The notes beneath the pieces were generated by a model. The model had not been told where the DNA came from. It worked only from the letters and a program-made list of their open reading frames with translations, and did not search any database. Made by a program: the position numbers and the translations under genes. A stretch of DNA of 64,000 nucleotides from Tetramitus jugosus. Lineage: Eukaryota; Protista; Heterolobosea. Below, one piece after another: positions 22,138 to 31,205 of the stretch. Within the stretch, counting starts at the first letter, position 1. Every line of letters begins with the position of its first letter. Where the stretch lies: the NCBI GenBank assembly GCA_937625935.1, contig OW569370.1, positions 310,001 to 374,000 on the forward strand, given 5' to 3'.

Positions 22138-23634
22138 TCAGAGAGGAGAGAAGCTGCTGTTTAGTTCGTGCGCATCTTCGACTTCCAACAGGAAATCGCA
22201 GATTTCACTAGCGGATGGAGGTCCCATGAGTGATGTTGAGTATTCATCTGATTCCAACAGGTCTACTGTGTGCATGCCTTGCCGTAATTTCTGACACTTT
22301 ACAATCTGTTTGTCTGCTTGTTCAGTGAACCCTGCGCTCACTCGTTTTGCTTGCTTGTAGGCTGTAATTGCTGAATCGTAATCACCACTCTTTCGCTTTA
22401 TGGAACCAAGGGTATCATATACAGAGTAAAGATCAGGATCGTTTTCAGCTGTCCCTATTTCCAATGCCACATTGGCAAACTTTGTTGCTTCTTTGTACTT
22501 TTTCATTTTACAATACGTGTAGGCCAATTGATTGGCGACACCCATGGTCTGTACCGAATTGTATGACTGCAACAGCAATGCAATTGCACTGTCATATGTT
22601 TTCTTTTGTCCGTGAAGATATCCTAACGTGTGCAACAGCCTTGCTTTGTCCTCCTTATTAAAGTTCATGTGCAGAGCTTTTGTTAAACTGTGCAGAGCAA
22701 TGTCGTATTGTGTGGGATCGTTCGCGCCAAGTTCATCCCGTATTGACGCCTCCGTTATATAACCCTCAACGAACATCTCATCCGTCTCCTGTGCCATAAG
22801 GACATACTGTAGTGCATCACTCAAATTTCCCAATATCTGATGCGTCAGTGCGATATCATTGTACGAAATGGCAGATTTCTCCAGTTTGGCCACCTGCACA
22901 AAACACTTCAATTCGGCTTGGTGATCCTCCAATTCATTGCACACACTGGCCTTGCCTCTAAAACTCCGTATCACCGAATCCTTAAAGTCATCTCTTTCCC
23001 GTCTCGATGGCAACTCCTTCCAATACGTGTACTGTTCCTTGATGACTTCATTGTACTCTTCTTTCGCCCCCAAAAAATCACCCTTCAAAAATTTCATCTT
23101 TGCCAAATCGCAGTGCATATCGAGGTACACATGACCATTGTCCTTATCCATATCCATTACCTGTTCAATGATTGAAATGGCATCTGCATACTGTCCCAGC
23201 TGTTCATACGTCAGTGCCAGTGCACTCTGAGCAGTAATATCCGGCTTTGGATTCATCTCAATCACTTTTTCAAAGCATTTCGCAGCTTTTTCATACTCCA
23301 ACTGATTATAGTACGATTGACCCTTTCGAAACACCTCCAAATAGGGCAGATGAGCGGATCGCTTGCCGTCCTTGGGTGTTCGTTTGGCCGTTTTCTTGTT
23401 GCTGCGACGACGTCGAACTGCTGCAACATTCTTTTTTCTTTTCGAACCTTTTTGGTGGTCATCATCGTGATCACTCGTGTCTGTCAGAGCACCAAACATG
23501 ACAGATTGGTTCATTTCATCAACCGGACGGTGATTGTTCTGGTCTTCTTCATAGTCACCGTTGTCATTGTCACTGCTACTGCTACCACTGCTAATTTCTT
23601 GGTAGGATCGCTTCTTGTCAACGTTGTTTTCCAT
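22138..23634 (-). CDS. TPR-repeat protein
   Basis: Multiple TPR consensus units (GQSYYNQLEYEKAAKCFEKVIEMNP; LGSIKRKSGDYDSAITAYKQA); basic NLS. Confidence 0.88.
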   Translation of the reverse strand: MENNVDKKRSYQEISSGSSSSDNDNGDYEEDQNNHRPVDEMNQSVMFGALTDTSDHDDDHQKGSKRKKNVAAVRRRRSNKKTAKRTPKDGKRSAHLPYLEVFRKGQSYYNQLEYEKAAKCFEKVIEMNPKPDITAQSALALTYEQLGQYADAISIIEQVMDMDKDNGHVYLDMHCDLAKMKFLKGDFLGAKEEYNEVIKEQYTYWKELPSRRERDDFKDSVIRSFRGKASVCNELEDHQAELKCFVQVAKLEKSAISYNDIALTHQILGNLSDALQYVLMAQETDEMFVEGYITEASIRDELGANDPTQYDIALHSLTKALHMNFNKEDKARLLHTLGYLHGQKKTYDSAIALLLQSYNSVQTMGVANQLAYTYCKMKKYKEATKFANVALEIGTAENDPDLYSVYDTLGSIKRKSGDYDSAITAYKQAKRVSAGFTEQADKQIVKCQKLRQGMHTVDLLESDEYSTSLMGPPSASEICDFLLEVEDAHELNSSFSPL

Positions 23635-23800
23635 TTGTGTTGGTTGTGAATTTCTTCAACGATAAGATCTTATTTTCTGTGTGAGGCGGGAATTTTGGTG
23701 AAGTTGCTGGATCACTTCAGAGAAGTCACAGTGAACAACAGGTGGATGTTATTATGCACAAAATAAATAAACACACTCGAGAGTTTTCACAGGACACCTC

Positions 23801-25576
23801 CTACGATTTGGACACTGCTTGTCCAATTGCCTTTTCCCATTCATCAGCCTTACCAGACACGTCCTCTAGTACATAGACACGCTTAGGAGTGGAGATGTAA
23901 AAGTGACGATCTGATTTTTTGTCTACACGAATGTCTTTTGACCAGGGTACTTGTCCCTTGAGCTTCATGGTGCTTGGATCTACATAGAGCAACCGATGCT
24001 TGTCCGTGAGGATTAGTTGTCTTGTTTTCGCAGTCATTCTACTTCTCTTGATCACGGACGACGTGTACAGAATCTTTTCGCCACTGATCAGGAACCTTCT
24101 CCACTGTGATGCATCGCTCACATTCTTCCTAGTGCTGGTTGCAAAGCGAGTGCTGCTCTTACTGATACCGTTGCTCATGGATATATCAGCCAATTGTTCG
24201 CTTCTGACACTATGGGGCACGATCCTAGGCGGTATCATTTCATTCAATTTACAAAAGTCGATACCATTGAAGAACGGATGTTGTTTCAGCTCGGCATAAC
24301 CACCTGCCCTAGCACCTAATCTCTCCTCTGGGGCCAACCGTAGCAAATTATCGACCAAATCTCGGGCCACTTCAGGAAAGCTCGATGGAAACTCAAAGTC
24401 ACGACTCAAAATTCTCTTAAACGTCAAATACTCACTGTCCGCCTTAAATGGATAATTGCCTGTTAGGAATTGATAGACAATGCAACCTAGAGCCCACAGA
24501 TCCGTTGCTTTCGAAGGCATTTGATTCGTGAGCACTTCTGGTGAGACGTACTCTGCTGTGCCACAAAACGTCTGGCGAGATCTCTTCAACAAATCTGACA
24601 CTTCAATCCCATCGGCCTCATCCTGCGTCAACACTTTTGCCGTTCCAAAATCCGTAATCTTCGTGTGCATGTCCTTCCCCAGAATCAGATTCTCCGGTTT
24701 CAAATCTCGATGGATAATGTTCATTGAGTGCATGTACTCTAGTCCATTGACAATTTCTGCAGTGTAGAAAATGGCGGCCTCCAACGAAAAGGGACCATAT
24801 TTGCTAATGTAGGAAAACAGTTCACCACCAGGCGCCAACTCCAATGCAAAATCTTTTTTTGTGCGTGTTAGCTCACAGTGATCAACAAGACAAGAGAGAC
24901 ACTGAAAAAAAAAAATGAGAGTAGCCTCAATCAACAAACAAGACCACTCACATATAACCTAACAACATAAAAACACAAGACACACAAAATAAAAAATGGC
25001 GGCATTATCCTATCTCTCTCTCTCATGATATATATACATACACAAATTTTCCTTATCTTGAAAAGTACAAAACAGACGAATAATATTGGGATGATTCATC
25101 ATATTCAACACATCTCTCTCCATCTTGACCGTCTTTAGCTTATTCTGACTAATGATTTGTTGTTTGAGAATCACTTTTGTAGCATAACGTTTTCCAGTGG
25201 GTTTAAAAATGGATTTGACGACACGAGAGTACGCTCCTTCACCCAACACTTCTCCAAACTCAAAATCTTCTCTAGAGTAGGGCCGTTTACTGTTGGCCCC
25301 ATTACTCGTAGCTTTTGATCGTTGTTTTTGTTGTTGTTGATTGGTTGATGTTTTACTATTGTTATTTTTCGTAGTGTTATCATCATCTTTATTTTTACTG
25401 TTATTATGATTATTGTTGCTACAATTGTTACTACTGTACACTTCATCACCAATACAAGTCATGGAGTTGGAGAAGGGAATACTGGAGAGGAGAGGTGAGG
25501 AACGAGGAGTTGTCGGTGTCGATGTTGATGACGATAGAGAGGACGTTGATGAAGCAGAAGATGATAGTGAGGACAT
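23801..25576 (-). CDS. PDPK1: 3-phosphoinositide-dependent protein kinase 1, 2 exons (25576-25042, 24852-23801)
   Basis: LGEGAYS, HRDLKPEN, DFGTAK, TFCGTAEYVSPE and a PDK1-type C-terminal PH domain (RQLILTD...LYVDP...KGQVPW); the splice gives ENLYFALE. Confidence 0.93.
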
Positions 25577-25755
25577 TTTTTTTTTGGTTTTTTGTTGTTG
25601 ATAATCGAGTCGTTGTTGGTTTTTGAGAGCTAAAATCCCGAAGTTCCAATCAAGGCAATTTGCCAAGGCTGGTCAAATCAATTGAGTGAGTGATAGCGAA
25701 AGAGTCGTTTCGCGATGGCCTAAATTTCTTGTGTGTGAATTTATTGAAGAGCTCA

Positions 25756-27099
25756 TTATTGGTTCAGGTTGTCAAGCAGTGAGAATGCAAGAACGCTGGA
25801 ATCGTCAGAGCATGAGAACAAGAGAGATTTGGACTTCATGATACTCAATACAATGTCTCTGTGGCCCTTGAAAACCTTGATTGGTGACGATGTTCTCACA
25901 TCCCAGACACAAACCGTCTTGTCAACACTGCAACTGTACAAGAGTGGTTGATCTTCATCAAAGAACACCTTTGTAACACCGTCATTGTGCTTGAATGTTT
26001 GTCTCAGACTCAACGTACTCACGTCCCACAGATTGATCCTATTGTCCATACCACCGGTTGCCATGAGTGGAGCAACAGGAACACCAGCTTTGAATGCACT
26101 CATATCAATGGTTTCAATTGATTCTTCATGGCCACGCAACACACCCAATGTCTTCTTGTGAGTAATGTGAGACAATTGTGCAGTACCGTCTTCAGCTGCA
26201 GTCAAGATCAAATTTGGTTCTTGCTTTTGACTGGCGAATGCAGTGATGGGTGCAGTGGTAAACATGATTTCATTGGGTTGGAACACGTGAACACATTCGG
26301 CCGTGACTGGATTCCACACACGGACACTAGCGTCTTCTGAACCAGTGACCAATAGCTTACCGTCCGATGTGAAACCACCAGTGGTCACAGATCCCGAATG
26401 ACCAGAGAACACATTGAGACAAGACTGTGTCTTCACATTCCACAACCAAGCAGTCGTGTCTGCACTACCACATGCAAGCAAATTTCCCTTTGGATGCCAC
26501 TGAATCCATTCAATTGACTCGGATGGACCATCCAAGAACAATTCACTCACCACATTGTTCATATCACTGACATTCCACACACCAATTGTACCGTCCATGG
26601 ATCCAGTAGCCAACTTTGTTCCATCATAATTGAACGAAACATCGACACAAGTGTCCTTGTGACCCAACAAGTGTCTCACATTGGAGATTTGATTGTTGGT
26701 TGTGTCGTACTGGAAGATGAAACCAGTGTCATCTCCACTCGCAGTAGCAATCAACAGTGAGTCATCACTCTTTTCAAATTTGGCAATCTTGTACACACTG
26801 TCCGTATGTTTTGTAAACTCTGCAATGGAATCATTGGGGCCATCATAATTTTCCCGATCTCCGCCCATGGTTTCATCATCTTCGTATTCTTCGTCGTCGT
26901 CGTCATCATCACCTTCGACTCCTTCTCCATCTTCTTCATCAAACTTTGCCTTCAAAAAATCATCCATGTCCATCACAATTTGATCTTCAATGTCATTTGG
27001 GTCCATGAACTCTGCTTCTTCTTGATCATTGATTTCTCCATTGTCAAATTGGTTGTCTTCTTCTTCGTTTTCTCTAAAGTTTTGGTTACTGCTGCTCAT
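25756..27099 (-). CDS. SQT1: WD40 protein of the SQT1/AAMP family (uL16 chaperone)
   Basis: Acidic N-terminus plus WD repeats with family-type ATASGDD, LDGPSESIEWIQWHPKGN and FSGHSGSVT. Confidence 0.8.
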   Translation of the reverse strand: MSSSNQNFRENEEEDNQFDNGEINDQEEAEFMDPNDIEDQIVMDMDDFLKAKFDEEDGEGVEGDDDDDDEEYEDDETMGGDRENYDGPNDSIAEFTKHTDSVYKIAKFEKSDDSLLIATASGDDTGFIFQYDTTNNQISNVRHLLGHKDTCVDVSFNYDGTKLATGSMDGTIGVWNVSDMNNVVSELFLDGPSESIEWIQWHPKGNLLACGSADTTAWLWNVKTQSCLNVFSGHSGSVTTGGFTSDGKLLVTGSEDASVRVWNPVTAECVHVFQPNEIMFTTAPITAFASQKQEPNLILTAAEDGTAQLSHITHKKTLGVLRGHEESIETIDMSAFKAGVPVAPLMATGGMDNRINLWDVSTLSLRQTFKHNDGVTKVFFDEDQPLLYSCSVDKTVCVWDVRTSSPIKVFKGHRDIVLSIMKSKSLLFSCSDDSSVLAFSLLDNLNQ

Positions 27100-27268
27100 G
27101 GTTTTTAGGATTAGTCAGTATCTAGTTGTTGTTGTTGCTGTCGTTGTTTTGTGGAAGTGTGAATTTCATGTTTCTTTTTTCCCCGATGGGTTCAACGAGC
27201 AATTTGATATTTGAAGCATCAATCGTTTGGTTGAATGAAATTATCCGCATTGTATTTGGAATGTTTGA

Positions 27269-27604
27269 TCATTGATTCAATCCTCTTCTTTTGTTGCAGC
27301 TGTTCATGTGCACGAGGAGACGATCTGGTTCAAATCGACGAGAACAACCTGGACATTGAGCCATGGATTGCTTGTAAATCTCGTAGGCTTGCTTGTTCCA
27401 CTCCTGAATATCTTTGGCTGTGCTCTCAGAGGTGGGTAGAGGAAGAGATGGTGCTTCTGGGATTGGTTTTTGTAATTCCTCTGGTAGCAATCTCCAGTAG
27501 ATCTCTCTCTTGGTGGGACAATCCTTCAAGTGAATAGGAAGACTGGCAGATCCATATTCCTGACCACAACAATAGCAGACAATCATCTTTCGTTGCTGAT
27601 AGCC
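27269..27604 (-). pseudogene. Paired C2HC zinc-finger unit (ZNF474-like); probably a 3' gene fragment
   Basis: CYCCGQEYGSASLPIHLKDC and CPGCSRRFEPDRLLVHMNSC; its 5' side runs straight into VPS35-derived sequence with no room for a promoter. Confidence 0.6.
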
Positions 27605-27615
27605 TCTCCATTGGG

Positions 27616-28825
27616 ATTGAATTTTTCGTCGACCAATGATTTAGCATTGCTAGTCAATTGAATAGCACTGCACTTGCTTCAGATGAAATTGTAGACATGT
27701 TGAAGCGATTGTTGTTGGTGCCACTCGAGTCATACAACAATGTGCTAACAGTTTTGAAGTTGGAGAAGTATGGTGATATTATTCATTCTCTTGGATATGA
27801 ACAGAGAAAGTTTATTGCACTGAGCATTGTGAGATGCGCACTTGACAATGGACACAAGATTTCAACATTTGAACAAGTGAACAAACTGTTTGATTTGATT
27901 CGTCCACTGTTGAAGGATGAGGAAGACCAGACAACATTCTCACCTTCTGACGACTCACCAATAGCTGCAACATTGCTCGAAGATTTCGAAGAAGAACTTG
28001 ATTGCCAGATTGGTTCATTTGTTTGATAATAGCGATACTGATCAATTGTTTAAAGTTTTGGCCGCAGCCAGAAAGCACTTTGGTCAGGGTGGTGTCAAGA
28101 GAATTCAATACACATTGGTACCGCTTGTATTCTCCTACTTGAAACTTGCTCAGAGAATCTACAATGCACAGGAGGAGGAAAAGGTGATCAATGTAGACAA
28201 GGTGTTCAAGTATGTACTCGAAATTTTGCAGGTTTATGCCAACCACAGACCAAGTGTCGCCTTGACACTCTATCTCCAAAGTGCTCAATGTGCTGATCAA
28301 TGCGCCTCTGATCAAATCGTGTACGAATTCCTGACACAGGCATTCATGATCTATGAAGAGGAAGACAGCAAGATTCAATTGAATTATTTGACCTTGATCA
28401 TCAACACGCTGCAAAATATGAAGAATATGACTCGCGAAAACTATGACACATTGTCCACAAAGACCTGCCAATACTCATCCAAGCTATTGAGGAAGCCTGA
28501 TCAGTGCAGAGCTGCCTTCACTTGCTCTCATCTGTTCTGGCCGTTCGTGAATAACGAAGAGCTTCAGAACAGTTCAAAGGCACTTGAATGCTTGCAATGG
28601 TCGTTGAAGATTGTCAAGGCATGCATGCCTGCACAACAAATTCCATTGTTTGTTGACATTTTGAACGTGTACGCTTATCACTTTGACAAGGACAATGACA
28701 AGGTGACTGCCGAGTACATTAACGGTCTCATTGATCTAATCGCTGACAATATCTCAAAGATTGAAGAAGAGGAGACTCCTGATGATGTCTTTGCACCAAC
28801 CAATGCCGAGATTGCTATTTACTAA
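27616..28825 (+). pseudogene. VPS35: Retromer subunit VPS35, C-terminal-half fragment with an in-frame stop and a frameshift
   Basis: LLLVPLESY, ARKHFGQGGVKRIQYTL, KLLRKPDQCRA, CSHLFW, ALECLQ motifs; TGA at 27637-27639 after FVDQ; frameshift near 28000; N-terminal half absent; ends abruptly at IAIY*. Confidence 0.85.
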
Positions 28826-28950
28826 CCAAATCTAGAGAATAAACTTCTTCACTCAACAAGAGGAACAGACTCGCTCTCTCAGCACTCAACAACTTGCCAA
28901 CACCAGAGATCAAATGCTGCAAATAGACACCTCTTGTCGACTCTCCATCT
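28815..28950 (-). pseudogene. Short fragment resembling the start of a GAF domain
   Basis: ISGVGKLLSAERASLFLLLSEEVYS resembles the GAF pattern LLxA(D/E)RxSLFL; the nearby ATG (28948) is out of frame. Confidence 0.4.
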
Positions 28951-29229
28951 TTTTTGATTGATTTGGTTGTTGTTGTTGTTGTTGATGTTCGTTGTGCGAC
29001 TTGTGTTTTTCGTTGTTGTTGTCGTGTCAGAGAGAAAGTTTTTCGTTGGTTCAAGATTGGATAGATAGGTGGATATATTATAAAAAAATACAATAAATGT
29101 TGTATCAGTTTCCTCTAAGCTGCGGAATTGGTGCAGTTGTAACAATTTCCGTTGAGACTGTCTTTACAACGGCAACGGCCATCTACCTCGGTTTAAAAAG
29201 CGCTGTCTTTTTCGCTGTTTGATTCAACT

Positions 29230-29277
29230 CACACAACAAATACAACACACAACAAATACACCACACAACAAATACAA
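29230..29277 (+). repeat. 3 x 16-bp tandem repeat CACACAACAAATACA(A/C) in the Fanzor leader
   Basis: Units at 29230-29245, 29246-29261 and 29262-29277. Confidence 0.9.
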
Positions 29278-29284
29278 TAACATT

Positions 29285-31105
29285 ATGCCACGAGGCGTGC
29301 CGAAGGACGGCAAGAGAAAGAGAAAGAGAGAGACTGTCAAAAAGAATGAATACTCATCACATTACGTGGTCAAAATCGGTTTGAAATCCTTGTTGTTGCA
29401 TCATCCAACTCTGTTACCAATCATACAAACTCAAGCTCTGGAGATTACAAGGATTGCTCTTAGAATCACTCGATTCATAAATGTGTTCGTGTTGAGATAC
29501 TTGGAGAACGATTGCAACATTCCTCCATTGGATCAAGGATTTATTCAACGGATTGTCTCTGTCTTGTTTGGACCAAAATCAGAAACAAGAGACGGTAATG
29601 TTGCCCTTGCCAATGAATCTGTTAATATGGATGATGTCATAGTCAAACTCAGAAAGCTTTATGAGAATTTTTCCACATCCATCAATTACGTTGCAAAGTC
29701 TCTCAGGGTCAACATCTCCAACATGCTCAAGTTCACGCTTGAACAAAGACTGAGAAAGTATCTGATAGTCAGAATGAGTCAATTGTGTTCGGATCCATCT
29801 ATCCCAAGATCCGAATACAGAAGGGTCGTTGAATACATTATCAGAAGGTTGACATTCAAAACTCCAGTCTATGACTTCATCAAACTGCCTCCAAGGGGGT
29901 TGATTGAAGTCATTCCTGTATTAATTCATGAGATCAAAACACTTGCTGCTGTTGGAACCGATGAAGTTATTGATGAATCTTTTGTGGATAACAACACTAA
30001 CAATATGCTGAAGTTTTACTGGCATGTACAACAATTTCTGACATATCCAAATAGAAGAAAGAAAAATGACATTCGTGAACCGATAGAATTCAAATACAAT
30101 CTGAAGTGTTTGAACACCGGCGAAAAGAAGATTCAGATTGATTCTATCAGAACTGACGGTATTCAAGCCTCTGTTGTTGTCAGACATCAACTCATTGGCA
30201 ATCACAAGAACAATAAGGCAGAGAAATCTAAAGGCGAGAAACAAGCAAAGAAGATGAAGAAAGAAACAACTATTGTTGATCAATATGCAGATTACTTGAT
30301 TGGTATCGATCCTGGTATTGTCACATTGATGAGTTGTGCTGATTCAGATGGTAAAAAGTGGGAGTTCTCCAATAAGGCATACAGACGACTGTCTCATCAT
30401 TCACAGAACGCCAAACGTTTGTTGAAATACAAAGCAAAATGGAACACGAAAACTGGAAAAGATTTAGATGAACTCCATAACTCGATCAAACAAGCCAGTG
30501 TATCGACAAGTGATCTGTTTATCGAACACATTGATTCTGTTTTGAAAGTCGAAGATGACTTGCTTGGTTTTTATTGCACTCCAAAGGTGAAGAGACTGAA
30601 TTGGGACAGCTATATTATGAGAGACAAAACAATTGCTGGAGTAATGAATGATTTTCACAAAAGAGCAAATGGAAGAAAGATGGTCATTGGCATGGGCAAT
30701 GCTGGTTTCAAAAATAGTTACAGAGGACATGCTTCAACGCCCAAGGGCAAACTGTTGAAGAAACTGAATGAACGATTTGAAGTGAAAATGATTGACGAAT
30801 TCATGACCAGCCAAAAATGTTGTGCTTGCCATTCCCATTTGAAGCCAGTCAAGCACAAACGAATGGACAAGAAAGGTGTATCAGCAATCTCTATTGTACG
30901 AGGAGTTAAACAGTGTGCAACCACTAAATGTTTAGTGACTCACAACAGAGGCATCAATGCGGCCAAGAACATGCTCCATCTACTGAGAACAGAAATGGAT
31001 GGACAGTCACGTCCCGATGCCTTCAAGAGGAAGAAAAAGGTCGCAAAAGAATTAATCAAAATGGTGGAACACCTCCAAGGCTCACTCCATCAAGCTGCTA
31101 TGTAA
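29285..31105 (+). CDS. Fanzor (eukaryotic TnpB-family RNA-guided nuclease), Fanzor1-like, 606 aa, RuvC-III Asp replaced by Gly
   Basis: N-terminal NLS and VVKIGLKSLL; IRTDGIQASV; RuvC-I LIGIDPG; VIGMGNAGF; rearranged RuvC-II IDEFMTSQKCCAC; second Cys pair CATTKC; RuvC-III HNRGINAAKNM; intronless. Confidence 0.88.
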   Translation: MPRGVPKDGKRKRKRETVKKNEYSSHYVVKIGLKSLLLHHPTLLPIIQTQALEITRIALRITRFINVFVLRYLENDCNIPPLDQGFIQRIVSVLFGPKSETRDGNVALANESVNMDDVIVKLRKLYENFSTSINYVAKSLRVNISNMLKFTLEQRLRKYLIVRMSQLCSDPSIPRSEYRRVVEYIIRRLTFKTPVYDFIKLPPRGLIEVIPVLIHEIKTLAAVGTDEVIDESFVDNNTNNMLKFYWHVQQFLTYPNRRKKNDIREPIEFKYNLKCLNTGEKKIQIDSIRTDGIQASVVVRHQLIGNHKNNKAEKSKGEKQAKKMKKETTIVDQYADYLIGIDPGIVTLMSCADSDGKKWEFSNKAYRRLSHHSQNAKRLLKYKAKWNTKTGKDLDELHNSIKQASVSTSDLFIEHIDSVLKVEDDLLGFYCTPKVKRLNWDSYIMRDKTIAGVMNDFHKRANGRKMVIGMGNAGFKNSYRGHASTPKGKLLKKLNERFEVKMIDEFMTSQKCCACHSHLKPVKHKRMDKKGVSAISIVRGVKQCATTKCLVTHNRGINAAKNMLHLLRTEMDGQSRPDAFKRKKKVAKELIKMVEHLQGSLHQAAM

Positions 31106-31205
31106 ATCCCGATTATGTAGGAGCGTTAAGGTGTCTTATCGGGAAACCATAATGTTTTTATTATGGCTTACAGTAGACCGCCACCTTAATACTTTGTAAA
31201 ACCAG
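31098..31205 (+). ncRNA. Predicted Fanzor omegaRNA (scaffold ~31098-31189, guide from ~31190)
   Basis: Stems TCCCGAT/ATCGGGA and CCATAAT/ATTATGG, closing TGTAA/TTACA, and an 8-bp loop-to-3'-end pairing TTAAGGTG/CACCTTAA, immediately 3' of the Fanzor ORF. Confidence 0.65.

Larger units (their letters stand above)
27200..31189 (+). mobile_element. Putative non-autonomous Fanzor-carrying transposon with captured gene fragments; left boundary uncertain (could be as far right as ~29100)
   Basis: Fanzor ORF, structured right end and adjacent mosaic of broken host genes; no transposase, TIR or TSD identified. Confidence 0.5.

Noticed and set aside
29066-29072. TAGGTGG as a left TIR matching right-end CCACC; TTAA at 29193 as a TSD
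   Set aside because: Matches of only 4-6 nt are expected by chance; no extended inverted repeat was found.
29230-29277. 16-bp repeats beside a Cas12-related ORF as a CRISPR array
   Set aside because: The units are directly tandem with no spacers, and are AC-rich like other 5' leaders here.
29219-31105. Bacterial contamination or IS200/IS605/IS607 TnpB
   Set aside because: Flanked by intron-containing eukaryotic genes, carries an NLS and Fanzor1-type motifs, and has no tnpA or serine recombinase.
31147-31176. Hairpin plus GTAG as a canonical Helitron 3' end
   Set aside because: The terminus is not CTRR, the hairpin is AT-rich, no Rep/helicase is present, and pairing continues to 31189; the superfamily is left unassigned.
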